A stretch of 64,000 nucleotides of DNA from a virus: positions 5,198 through 69,197 of the IMG/VR virus record IMGVR_UViG_3300010373_000006; one strand, given 5' to 3'. The stretch's first letter is position 1. Each line of letters begins with the position of its first letter. This document shows positions 16,528 through 24,548 of the stretch, piece by piece. Position numbers and translations under genes: made by a program. The notes beneath the pieces are model-generated. The model ran no database searches, was not told the DNA's origin, and was given only the letters and a program-made list of their open reading frames with translations.

Positions 16528-17092
16528 ACCGCTGAGCCCCTGCCCCTGGTGCCCCAACGGCGGCGAGCCCGAAGTCTACCGCCCCATGCAGGTCGCGGCG
16601 ACGCATCGTTTCCATGTGCGGTGCAAGGCATGCGGTGCGATGGGGCCGTACACGGAAACGGACGGGCGCGAGGCCGCGATTGCGGGGTGGAACCGCCGTG
16701 CGGAGCCGATGCTGAGCGATGCCGTGGTGGATCAACTGATCACCCACGAGCCAGCGATGACACTCACGGCTAAGGCTGGGCGAACCCACACGACGCCCGA
16801 ACAATGGACGGCCATGATCGTGACGAAAACCGAGCGTGGCATGAGGTGGATGACCGATGGGTTTGCATCGCTGGCTGAAGCCCGCGCGGCCGTGCGGAAG
16901 GCGATGTTGGGAGAGACCGATACCACCAGGGCAGACCCGGTGGTCGAGAAAACACCAGGGGAGTCTCCCGCCGAGACGCTTGGGAAATTGCGAGCCGCGG
17001 CCCGAAAGGCCCTTGAGACCCTGGACCGCAGCGGCCTGGGTTTGAGCGCGGCCGCGTTCGACGAGCTTCGCGCGGCGGTGGCGGAAGGCTGA
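16520..17092 (+). CDS. Second Lar-like protein with C-terminal extension
   Basis: LSPCPWC...VRCKACGAMGP...AIAGWNRR. Confidence 0.65.
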   Translation: MSEPLSPCPWCPNGGEPEVYRPMQVAATHRFHVRCKACGAMGPYTETDGREAAIAGWNRRAEPMLSDAVVDQLITHEPAMTLTAKAGRTHTTPEQWTAMIVTKTERGMRWMTDGFASLAEARAAVRKAMLGETDTTRADPVVEKTPGESPAETLGKLRAAARKALETLDRSGLGLSAAAFDELRAAVAEG

Positions 17093-17113
17093 GCCGGGGA
17101 AGGGGGAGACGAC

Positions 17114-17800
17114 GTGAAGGTCTATCTTGCATCGCCGAATACGCAACAGCAGGCAGAGCACGCCGCCGATATGCCGGTGTTGCTCTCGTTTGCGTGCTAT
17201 TCGAGTTGGCAGGATAGATATCAGCAAACCTATTCCCGCATCCTGATCGACTCGGGCGCTTACTCGGAACTCAACAGCGGCAAGATGATCGAACTCCCGG
17301 CCTACATCGACTGGGCGGCGCGATGGACTGGCCACGCCGACGCCGTGGCAGGACTCGACGACATTCGCGGTGACTGGAAGCGGTCGCTTGCGAACTACGA
17401 GCGATTCCCCGGCGGGTTTCCCACCTTTCATGAGACCGACCCGCCCGAACTTCTGGATGAGTTGATCCCTATGGCTCGCGAGCGTGGCGGATGGCTGGGA
17501 ATCGGACTCTTACCGCCGCGCGAGGGAAAAGAGACGTGGGTTCGCGAAACGTGCTCTCGAATCCCCGACGACCTTCACGTTCACGGCTGGGCACTTAGGC
17601 GATACACGCACGTTCGGCGGCTCGATTCCGTCGATTCAACAAATTGGTGGCGCGATGCTATGAAACTGCGAACACTTCCGGACTTATCGCACCTGACGTA
17701 TGGTGAATGCCTTGAAATCGTCGTGAAGCGCTACCAGCGATGGGGGCGAGAGGTTCGCGAGTCCAAGGGAATGCCGCTTTTTGATGAGGTGGTATCATGA
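17114..17800 (+). CDS. TGT-fold DpdA-like 7-deazaguanine DNA transglycosylase candidate
   Basis: LIDSGAYS, LDDI, PTFH, HVHGW, DSVDSTNW motifs; coupled to queE. Confidence 0.65.
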   Translation: MKVYLASPNTQQQAEHAADMPVLLSFACYSSWQDRYQQTYSRILIDSGAYSELNSGKMIELPAYIDWAARWTGHADAVAGLDDIRGDWKRSLANYERFPGGFPTFHETDPPELLDELIPMARERGGWLGIGLLPPREGKETWVRETCSRIPDDLHVHGWALRRYTHVRRLDSVDSTNWWRDAMKLRTLPDLSHLTYGECLEIVVKRYQRWGREVRESKGMPLFDEVVS

Positions 17801-18432
17801 AGACCTACGCCGTGAAGGAAATGATCAAGACCCTCCAGGGCGAGGGCTTCCACGCGGGCCGCGCGGCGATCCTCTGCCGGTTCGCGGGCTGTAACCTCTG
17901 GTCGGGGCGTGAAAAGGATCGCGCCTCGGCCGTCTGTCGGTTCTGCGATACGGATTTCATCGGCGTCAACGGCGAGAACGGAGGGCGGTACACGGCGGCA
18001 ACGCTCGCATCGCGAGCTGCCGAATTATGGGGTAGCGATCGCACGCACCGTTTCATTTTTCTCACCGGCGGGGAACCGATGCTACAGGTCGATTCGGTGT
18101 TGATCGACGCGCTGCATCGCTTCGGATTCTTCGTACAGGTCGAGACCAACGGGACGCTGCCGGTGCCGCCCTGCCTGGATTGGATCACGGTGAGCCCGAA
18201 GGCTGGTGCCGAATTCAGGCAAATGAGCGGGCAGGAGTTGAAGTTGGTCTATCCGCAGGCCGGCGCGGAACCCGAGCGATACGCCGGATTGACAGGCTTC
18301 CGCGACTTCCTTTTGCAGCCGATGGATGGCCCGGCGAAAGAGGCGAACACGCGAGCGGCAATCGAGTATTGCTTGGCTCATCCGCAATGGAGGCTCAGCA
18401 CGCAAGTTCATAAACTGATCGGTGTGCGATAG
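17797..18432 (+). CDS. queE: 7-carboxy-7-deazaguanine synthase QueE (radical SAM)
   Basis: TLQGEG, RFAGCNLW...CRFCDT (CX14CX2C type), TGGEP, ETNGT, VSPK, WRLSTQVHK. Confidence 0.95.
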   Translation: MKTYAVKEMIKTLQGEGFHAGRAAILCRFAGCNLWSGREKDRASAVCRFCDTDFIGVNGENGGRYTAATLASRAAELWGSDRTHRFIFLTGGEPMLQVDSVLIDALHRFGFFVQVETNGTLPVPPCLDWITVSPKAGAEFRQMSGQELKLVYPQAGAEPERYAGLTGFRDFLLQPMDGPAKEANTRAAIEYCLAHPQWRLSTQVHKLIGVR

Positions 18433-18446
18433 AAGGGGGAGACGAC

Positions 18447-18647
18447 GTGAGCGGCGAAACGGTGTCGGTGGAGTATCGGGTGCAGTACCGGCGACGCGGT
18501 TTGGCGTTTGGCTGGGCAACAGAAGGTACGCTTCACTGCGACGAATCGAAAGCGCTCGAGGATGTGGCGGCGTTTCGACGGGCAGACTCGGCGTACGAAT
18601 GGCGGGTGGTGCGGGTGACGAAGGAAGTGGTGGGGGAGGCTGACTAA
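18447..18647 (+). CDS. Hypothetical protein
   Basis: GGGGGAG RBS and GTG. Confidence 0.5.
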   Translation: MSGETVSVEYRVQYRRRGLAFGWATEGTLHCDESKALEDVAAFRRADSAYEWRVVRVTKEVVGEAD

Positions 18648-18670
18648 CCGGCCAGCGAAAGGGAGAGACG

Positions 18671-19099
18671 ATGGGATATTCGACCAGTTTCACAGGCGTG
18701 CTCAAATTCACGAGCGAACCGACCACGCCGCAACTCAAACTTCTGGGCACCATTCTCGGCGAAGATCCCAGCGATCATGCCGAATGGGTGCATCACAGCG
18801 TCGGCAACGTGTCCTACATCCAACTTGAGGTTGCGCGGGACTACTCCGGCCTTCAGTGGGACGGTACGGAGAAGTTTTACGAGGCGGTCAACGCCGTGAA
18901 TCTCGTGCTTGCGGTGATGCGCGAGGAGTTTCCCGACTTCGGTTTGTCAGGCGAACTCACCGCCCAAGGTGAGGATAACGACGACCGCTGGAGGCTGGTT
19001 ATCGGCGACGACGGGCGTGCAAAGAAAGTTGACGTGCCGTTAACCGGGCGAAAGGTGATCTGTCCTCATTGCCGGGAGACGTTTCGGTTAGATGACTGA
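18671..19099 (+). CDS. Conserved phage hypothetical protein
   Basis: MGYSTSFTG...WDGTEKFY...GELTAQGEDNDDRW pattern. Confidence 0.6.
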   Translation: MGYSTSFTGVLKFTSEPTTPQLKLLGTILGEDPSDHAEWVHHSVGNVSYIQLEVARDYSGLQWDGTEKFYEAVNAVNLVLAVMREEFPDFGLSGELTAQGEDNDDRWRLVIGDDGRAKKVDVPLTGRKVICPHCRETFRLDD

Positions 19100-19231
19100 G
19101 GGCCGTCACTGGGACGCATCCGGAAAACACGCGAGGAGACTGATCGGGACTGGGCGAGGGGCGTTAGGCCCGCAACATGGGAGCGGGCGGGATGAGGCAG
19201 GGAGGGGCTGAGGGGGAGGATCGGGGGCGAG

Positions 19232-19561
19232 ATGAGCATCGAGACGATCGTGATTCCGAAAGTGCTGACACCACGCGAAGCGTCTGAGCGATCCGGGATT
19301 TCGGTCGCGTCACTGGTGGCGTTCATTCGCGTGCATCGCTATCCGTTCACCGAACTCGTACCGGGCGGCAAGCCGGGAGACCGCGGGCGAGGCCGCTGGG
19401 GGCTTACTCTCGCGCAACTGGCGCACATCGTCGATAAGCAGGTCCGCAGGTTCGAGCCCCCGGCGACCTCGCCATCCGAGAAGCCGGAGCCATCGCTTGT
19501 ATCCCCGGATGGAAAGTCACGTCTTCGCGGGGGGCACAGGCGCCGATCCGGGACGCTTTGA
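19232..19561 (+). CDS. Putative excisionase / recombination directionality factor (HTH)
   Basis: LTPREASERSGIS HTH start; small, basic, convergent with the integrase. Confidence 0.5.
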   Translation: MSIETIVIPKVLTPREASERSGISVASLVAFIRVHRYPFTELVPGGKPGDRGRGRWGLTLAQLAHIVDKQVRRFEPPATSPSEKPEPSLVSPDGKSRLRGGHRRRSGTL

Positions 19562-20818
19562 CCGTCTAAAAAGTTTCTCAGCCGCAACCTGTAAATGGCT
19601 GTCGAGCAAGTGCCCGTAGTGCTTATAGATCATGTCGGGGGACGTGCCCGTTAGCTGAGCAACGGTCGCCACATCGACGCCGTGCATGAGCAGAGTCGAG
19701 ATTGCCGTGTGTCGCCAGCGGTAGTTCACGAGCCGGTTGTCGCCCTTGTCCTGGATGAGCACTTCCGCCAGTTTTCGTTCTGCGGAACGCACATCTTCTC
19801 CGCCCCGGATTCGCTCCCGAATACTTTCCTGCCGCGCGATCAACTCGGTTCGGATTCTCTTCACGGTAATCGAGAGTGTTGAGCCATCCTCCCACGGCTC
19901 GTTCATTCCGCGCCCGGCAAACCCGCCGTGGTGGACGAACACCCATTCGCTGTTGGGTGGCGTGCGGTCGAACACTCGCCGCAGAGCTCGGGAGAGCAGG
20001 GGGGAGAAGTAGATCGTTCGCGGCTTACCCGTCACCTTGCCGGCCTTCCATCGCCGGTAGGGGATGATCGCCTTGGCTGCCGAGTGTCCGGCCGGCGTCT
20101 GCCAGGCATTCCATTTGATGTCTTCCCATTTGAGCCGACAGAGTTCCTTGGGGCGGCATCCTGTGTTGATCAGGCAACGCTCGAGCAAGATCGTCAGCCG
20201 CTCGTACCGTGAGAGCGTGTAGGTTCGTGGCGTTCGTGTTCGCCAGTACCCGATGAACGCAGCCGCCTCGATGGTCTCGGCATGACGCTCGGGTGAGCGC
20301 GGAATCATCGGAGCTCTGTACCCTCGGATCGGGTTGTCTGCAATCAATCGCTGGGGAGCCTTCGCCGCCCAGTTGAATGCGGCCCGCGCTGACGCGCAGA
20401 CATTCCGGGCATATACCGGCGAGTAATCCGAGAGCAGGTCTTCGCCGAACGCGGTGACTTCCTCGGGGGAGACGGACGGCACCGGGCGCGTCCCGAACAC
20501 GTCGCAAAACATCCCCAGGTGCCGCTGTTTGTTTCGTTGTTCGGTGATCGAGTGTTTCCCTTCCTTGACCCGATCCTCGTACCACTTCAGGTAACGTTCA
20601 AACACCCAATCGACCGAGTTCTCGATCACGACGGGAACCACGTTATCGCGTCGGGCGCGTTCGGTCTTCAGCCATTCCCAGGCTGCTCCTTCATCCTTTT
20701 CGCCGATCGTTTCGGGGGCATAAACCTCGGTCGCGCGGCCCTTGGAATCGACCTCTCCAATGTTGGCGTACCAGCGTTTTTTTCCCTTGTGCCAACGCGC
20801 TCCAGCCTTGCGAGGCAT
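19517..20818 (-). CDS. int: Tyrosine recombinase (phage integrase)
   Basis: TGCRPKEL, K, YRWRH, LTGTS, HYGH catalytic motifs; N-terminal arm-binding region; GGAGG RBS. Confidence 0.92.
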   Translation of the reverse strand: MPRKAGARWHKGKKRWYANIGEVDSKGRATEVYAPETIGEKDEGAAWEWLKTERARRDNVVPVVIENSVDWVFERYLKWYEDRVKEGKHSITEQRNKQRHLGMFCDVFGTRPVPSVSPEEVTAFGEDLLSDYSPVYARNVCASARAAFNWAAKAPQRLIADNPIRGYRAPMIPRSPERHAETIEAAAFIGYWRTRTPRTYTLSRYERLTILLERCLINTGCRPKELCRLKWEDIKWNAWQTPAGHSAAKAIIPYRRWKAGKVTGKPRTIYFSPLLSRALRRVFDRTPPNSEWVFVHHGGFAGRGMNEPWEDGSTLSITVKRIRTELIARQESIRERIRGGEDVRSAERKLAEVLIQDKGDNRLVNYRWRHTAISTLLMHGVDVATVAQLTGTSPDMIYKHYGHLLDSHLQVAAEKLFRRSKRPGSAPVPPAKT

Positions 20819-20966
20819 CGGTTTTCCTCCGTTGAGGCCAGTCGTGCAACCCACCTAACTGTGTCGCCTATTAGCCATTTGGTCAAGCCGGAACGTCCGA
20901 TGGAACGTCTCGTAAGAACGTCTGATGGCAAACGAAGGGATTCGGTTTCGGCATTTGCGGCGCATT

Positions 20967-20990
20967 AAAAAACCCTGGTTTCCCAGGGTC
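20967..20990 (-). terminator. Intrinsic terminator downstream of the tRNA 3' fragment
   Basis: Minus strand ACCCTGG-GAAA-CCAGGGT followed by a T tract. Confidence 0.75.
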
Positions 20991-21002
20991 TTTCTACTAC
21001 AA

Positions 21003-21047
21003 TACACCCGAAGGGACTCGAACCCCTAACCGTCGGTTCCGAAGACC
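21003..21047 (-). other. att core: 3' half of tRNA-Arg(TCG)
   Basis: Minus strand GGTCTTCGGAACCGACGGTTAGGGGTTCGAGTCCCTTCGGGTGTA: anticodon loop CT-TCG-GA, T arm, acceptor 3' strand; no D arm or 5' strand. Confidence 0.8.
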
Positions 21048-21338
21048 AACAATCCTGGCTGAACAGCCGGATATCGGTTTTCATAAACTCGTTACGGCGT
21101 ACCGACTTACGGCGGGTGGCATTTACTTCAAACGTCCTATAATACCACGAAAATAGGGCGATGCAAGGGGTAGAACGTCTGATGGAACGTCTTAATTCGA
21201 CGTTCGTTTATGATCGGGGTATGCGAATGGCGTGTTGGTTTGGGCCGAACTATTCGGAATCGCCGAAGGGTTGGACGGGCCGCGCGGCAAAAACCCCGCG
21301 TCGGAGGGCACGCGGGGAGAGGAGATGCGGTTGCGAGG

Positions 21339-21365
21339 CCCGGCGGTCAGGCCGGAGCGCGACGG
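21339..21365. repeat. 27-bp intergenic repeat A, copy 1 (copy 2 at 23090-23116)
   Basis: CCCGGCGGTCAGGCCGGAGCGCGACGG identical in both copies; each lies just downstream of a minus-strand stop codon. Confidence 0.8.
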
Positions 21366-21375
21366 GAAGGTGTGG

Positions 21376-21879
21376 TCAAACAGCGTAAAGGCCACGGCCA
21401 ACCCTTCGAAGGTGGCCCAAGGCCACGCAAGCGCTCAAAAACGTGTAGGCCGCCGATCGCGAACAGTTGAGCCGGTCACACGCCTGCCGGATCGTAACCG
21501 GGTAGGGGCACAAGAGTGCTCGCCGTTCGGCGGTCCTGTCGACGCTGGCCGCCGCTAACACCCCAGTCTTCGCGAGCTGACGGTACTCTCCCTGTCGTCT
21601 TCGCCGCACTGATTCGCGTTGCGTATATCCGGCCTGCGGTCCGCGCGCCGTCAACGTCTGACTGGAGTCTCGGTTGGCATTGTGTTGCCGCTGGTTCTCG
21701 CTCCACTCCCCGCAAACCAGAGGCGAACCAACCGGTATCCCGAATTTGAGGCGGTAAGCCTCGTCGTTCATCTTATGACGCCGAAGGAGGTGGGTCGGTA
21801 GCGCTCGATACCACCGCCCACATTCGAGGCAAAGGATGCGATCTTCGTGGCGAGGCTGGTCCACGGCGTCGACTCCCAC
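21376..21879 (-). CDS. Ros/MucR-family Zn-finger regulator with C-terminal HTH
   Basis: ILCLECGRWYRALPTHLLRRHKMNDEAYRLKFGIP...PLV. Confidence 0.8.
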   Translation of the reverse strand: MGVDAVDQPRHEDRILCLECGRWYRALPTHLLRRHKMNDEAYRLKFGIPVGSPLVCGEWSENQRQHNANRDSSQTLTARGPQAGYTQRESVRRRRQGEYRQLAKTGVLAAASVDRTAERRALLCPYPVTIRQACDRLNCSRSAAYTFLSACVALGHLRRVGRGLYAV

Positions 21880-22131
21880 TCAGGCGGTCGGTAAAACCGT
21901 GAACCACGGTTGCCCGTTTTCGTCGCACAAGCCGTCCCACCGCATCGGGTATATGTGGATTCGTCCATCCTCGGTCTCTCGGGCCGCAAACGTCGGCTCC
22001 GGCTCGTCGTCAATCGCGTTAATCAGGTCTCCGATCGCCCAGTCCCGCGATCCGTCCTTGACGGTTGCGTACGGGCGATTCTTTGAGATTTCGGTCAAGA
22101 CGTTGATCAGGGTCGCTGCCATCGGGGTCAT
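21880..22131 (-). CDS. Hypothetical protein
   Basis: GAGGAG RBS within repeat B. Confidence 0.55.
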   Translation of the reverse strand: MTPMAATLINVLTEISKNRPYATVKDGSRDWAIGDLINAIDDEPEPTFAARETEDGRIHIYPMRWDGLCDENGQPWFTVLPTA

Positions 22132-22210
22132 CTCCTCATCTCGTGTCTCGATCTCAGAAAAACGGCACGGGCCATTCCCCTCTCGGGAGAGAGGGGGTAG
22201 GTTCGGGCCG
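22131..22210. repeat. ~80-bp intergenic repeat B, copy 1 (copy 2 at 23371-23452): hairpin, T-tract and RBS on the minus strand
   Basis: Shared GGGCCATTCCCCTCTCGGGAGAGAGGGGGTAGGTTCGGGCCG and TCTCCTCATCTCG. Confidence 0.85.
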
Positions 22211-22214
22211 CTGT

Positions 22215-22964
22215 TCACAATTCGCAATGGTGCTCATCACTTCTCCGCGCCTCCATCTCAGCCAGCCGCTTCATGTCCTCCATCGCCGCTTCGTTGTCCT
22301 CGAAAAATCGCACCGGCGAGACACGCTCCGGTGAACTCGCGTCGTAAATCATCATTGCGGCGAGTGGCGTATCGAAAAATCGCTCCAGGGCACTCCCGGC
22401 CTCGCCTGCGAGATGGACGACCCAGCCGGCGCGACAGTGGGTCTTGTCGCACTCGTGCCAAGTGTCCATTTTGAGCGCATCGCAGTTCGACGCCGATGCA
22501 TAAACGGCCTGATGGATGTGCGCGATCGTCGGCGTTGGCGGAGGGCCGAATTGACCGGAGGCGACCGCGTCAGGATCACCTTGGCAGCGCGAGCAGCCCG
22601 AGCAGTCCGAGCAGCGCGAGCAGTCCGAGCAGCGCGAGCAGTCCGAGCAGTCCAAGCAGAGCGAGCAGCGCGAGCAGCGCGAGCAGCGCGAGCAGCCCGA
22701 GCAGCCCGAGCAGCCCGAGCAGCCCGAGCAGCCCCAGCAGTCCGAGCAGTCCGAGCAGTCCGAGCAGTCCAAGCAGAGCGAGCAGCGCGAGCAGCCCGAG
22801 CAGCGCGAGCAGTCCGAGCAGTCCGAGCAGCCCGAGCAGCCCGAGCAGTCCGAGCAGCCCGAGCAGCCTTTTAGGCTGTCCAGGGCCTCCCTTGCGGCCT
22901 CAATGCTGCCGAAATATTTGGCCGAGCATTTGTTGCCGTTGCTGTCTTCTACCCACGTTTCCAT
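22215..22964 (-). CDS. Cys-rich (CSx)n tripeptide-repeat protein
   Basis: 32 Cxx units; C-terminal WHECDKTHCRAGW domain; AAGGA upstream. Confidence 0.75.
   Translation of the reverse strand: METWVEDSNGNKCSAKYFGSIEAAREALDSLKGCSGCSDCSGCSGCSDCSDCSRCSGCSRCSLCLDCSDCSDCSDCWGCSGCSGCSGCSGCSRCSRCSRCSLCLDCSDCSRCSDCSRCSDCSGCSRCQGDPDAVASGQFGPPPTPTIAHIHQAVYASASNCDALKMDTWHECDKTHCRAGWVVHLAGEAGSALERFFDTPLAAMMIYDASSPERVSPVRFFEDNEAAMEDMKRLAEMEARRSDEHHCEL
22578..22865. repeat. 9-bp tandem repeat (32 units) encoding C-S-G/D/R
   Basis: GAGCAGCCC / GAGCAGTCC / GAGCAGCGC variants. Confidence 0.95.
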
Positions 22965-23131
22965 GCTTTCTGTCCTTCAAAAAAATGCCTTGCGCCTCCG
23001 CCTCGGCCAGACAAAGGCCGTCGATCTCCGCCCGGCCGGAAGCGCTCCGACCGGGCAATCTCGCACCCTCCGCAGAGGGTAAGCCGCGCCCCGGCGGTCA
23101 GGCCGGAGCGCGACGGTCGGAGAGGCCATAC

Positions 23132-23362
23132 TCAGACCTCTCTCCACAGCCCGGCGGACTTCATGGTGGCCAGTTCGCCTCGCCCCACTCTGGTTCCAGC
23201 GGCTTGGCGGCAACCACTGAGGATCTGGCATCCCCCTGATTTCGCATATAACCGCGCTTTGGCGAGGTCGGTGAATGTCGCGTAGATGGGGCACTCATCG
23301 CCATAGCGTCCCTCGGCGGCCAGCACAGCGAAAACTCCGGTCATGTTTAGTGTCGCATTCAT
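23132..23362 (-). CDS. Hypothetical protein
   Basis: Preceded by the repeat B RBS. Confidence 0.55.
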   Translation of the reverse strand: MNATLNMTGVFAVLAAEGRYGDECPIYATFTDLAKARLYAKSGGCQILSGCRQAAGTRVGRGELATMKSAGLWREV

Positions 23363-23454
23363 CGGTCAAATCTCCTCATCTCGGGTCTCAAGGTCTCAGA
23401 AAAACGACGCGGGCCATTCCCCTCTCGGGAGAGAGGGGGTAGGTTCGGGCCGTT

Positions 23455-23679
23455 TCAGGGCACCAGCGGTCGAAAGCCGACGCGTCCGGGCACTTGGCAC
23501 CACCAGCCCTCTGTAATTGTGCCGTCTGCGTTGACCCGGATCGCACAGACGCCGTGCGGGTCGACGATGTTGCGAGGCCGAACGATTCGCGTCTGCGGGT
23601 CGACGACGAGCAGTTCCCCTCCTGTGTAATAACGTCGGCGGGCAATGGATTCGAGTTGTTCGGCGTTCATCGGGGTCAT
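23455..23679 (-). CDS. Hypothetical protein
   Basis: Preceded by the repeat C RBS (GAGAGG). Confidence 0.5.
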   Translation of the reverse strand: MTPMNAEQLESIARRRYYTGGELLVVDPQTRIVRPRNIVDPHGVCAIRVNADGTITEGWWCQVPGRVGFRPLVP

Positions 23680-23703
23680 CCTCTCGCGTTCGGGGTTGGG
23701 TTC
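23678..23703. repeat. 26-bp leader repeat C, copy 1 (copy 2 at 24019-24044)
   Basis: ATCCTCTCGCGTTCGGGGTTGGGTTC identical in both; start-associated on the minus strand. Confidence 0.85.
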
Positions 23704-23814
23704 GCAATGGGGCCGTGGCCTTGCGACCACGGAACGGGTGCGGCCTTTCGTCCGCAGGAGGTCTCCGCTTCAGCTTCAATGGGGCCTCGCCGTGTGGCGA
23801 GGAAGCGGACGGAA

Positions 23815-24012
23815 TCACTCGGCGGCGATCGTGTGGTTGCCCTCCCAATCCTGCACCTCGACGCGGCAACCGCCCTTGGCCAGCGTCCGGAGGTAGTCGT
23901 ACGGGACATCCCGGTCCATCTCGGCGTGGCCCACATAGGTCACGGTGTAGGTGTTGCCGCTGGTCCGGGTCGCGTTTGCAATTTCCGGGCTCGTCTTGGT
24001 CTTGGTCGTCAT
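23815..24012 (-). CDS. Hypothetical protein
   Basis: First gene after the leftward promoter; repeat C RBS. Confidence 0.55.
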   Translation of the reverse strand: MTTKTKTSPEIANATRTSGNTYTVTYVGHAEMDRDVPYDYLRTLAKGGCRVEVQDWEGNHTIAAE

Positions 24013-24074
24013 CTTTCGATCCTCTCGCGTTCGGGGTTGGGTTCTCGTCTTCGTTTCCTCGTCTCCACACTTAC

Positions 24075-24103
24075 AATATACACCCTGTTCCATCATCCGT
24101 CAA
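24075..24103 (-). promoter_or_regulatory. Leftward sigma70 promoter with overlapping dyad
   Basis: Minus strand TTGACG (24098-24103), 17 bp, TATATT (24075-24080); CCGTC-N9-GACGG at 24097-24115. Confidence 0.7.
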
Positions 24104-24123
24104 CAGCGTAGACGGATAAAATA

Positions 24124-24375
24124 TCACTCGGCTGCGATTTCGGGGCGCAAGTCGATATCCTGCCCGAAGATAAAACTTCGGAAATTCTCTGGGTCGTCGC
24201 CCTTTTTCCGCTTCGGCGCACGCGAAATCAGGTCACGCACGGCCTGCCGGGCGACATGCGCCATGGGCATTCCGGCCCGTCGTGCGATATCGGCCAATGC
24301 GGCGTGCTCATCGTTGGTCAGGTCGAGGCGGACGGCCTTTGCGGCCGGCGCGCGTGCTGGGGTGCCCTTGGCCAT
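24124..24375 (-). CDS. CopG/RHH-family regulator
   Basis: AVRLDLTNDEHAALADIARRAGMPMAHVARQAVRDLI; AGGAG RBS. Confidence 0.75.
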   Translation of the reverse strand: MAKGTPARAPAAKAVRLDLTNDEHAALADIARRAGMPMAHVARQAVRDLISRAPKRKKGDDPENFRSFIFGQDIDLRPEIAAE

Positions 24376-24548
24376 TGAGTGTCGCTCCTGTGTGCGGGTG
24401 AGTGTGGACAGATGCCTATAGTGTATACGCTGTAGACGGAATCCGCAAGGCAACCCTCCGGAATCTCCGGATAGTTCCCTCCGTCCATCCCATTCTCGCA
24501 ATTATCACATCCCGTATCGGAAGAAATCTCTTGAATTGTCTCCCAAAT

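Larger units (their letters stand above)
20891..21205. mobile_element. attP region: tRNA-derived core flanked by arm-type repeats
   Basis: GAACGTC at 20891, 20903, 20916, 21173 and 21185, inverted at 21199; core at 21003-21047. Confidence 0.75.

Noticed and set aside
21003-21080. Complete tRNA-Arg gene
   Set aside because: Only the anticodon arm to 3' end is present; the upstream sequence cannot form a D arm or the 5' acceptor strand. It is an att core.
22413-23239. Plus-strand (ARA)n and (SSP)n ORFs
   Set aside because: These are shadow frames of the 9-bp repeat. The minus frame has an RBS, globular flanking domains and matches the operon direction.
21339-24044. Diversity-generating retroelement or integron
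   Set aside because: No reverse transcriptase, no adenine-specific TR/VR mismatches, no attC-like GTTRRRY structure, and the integrase has phage arm-type organisation.
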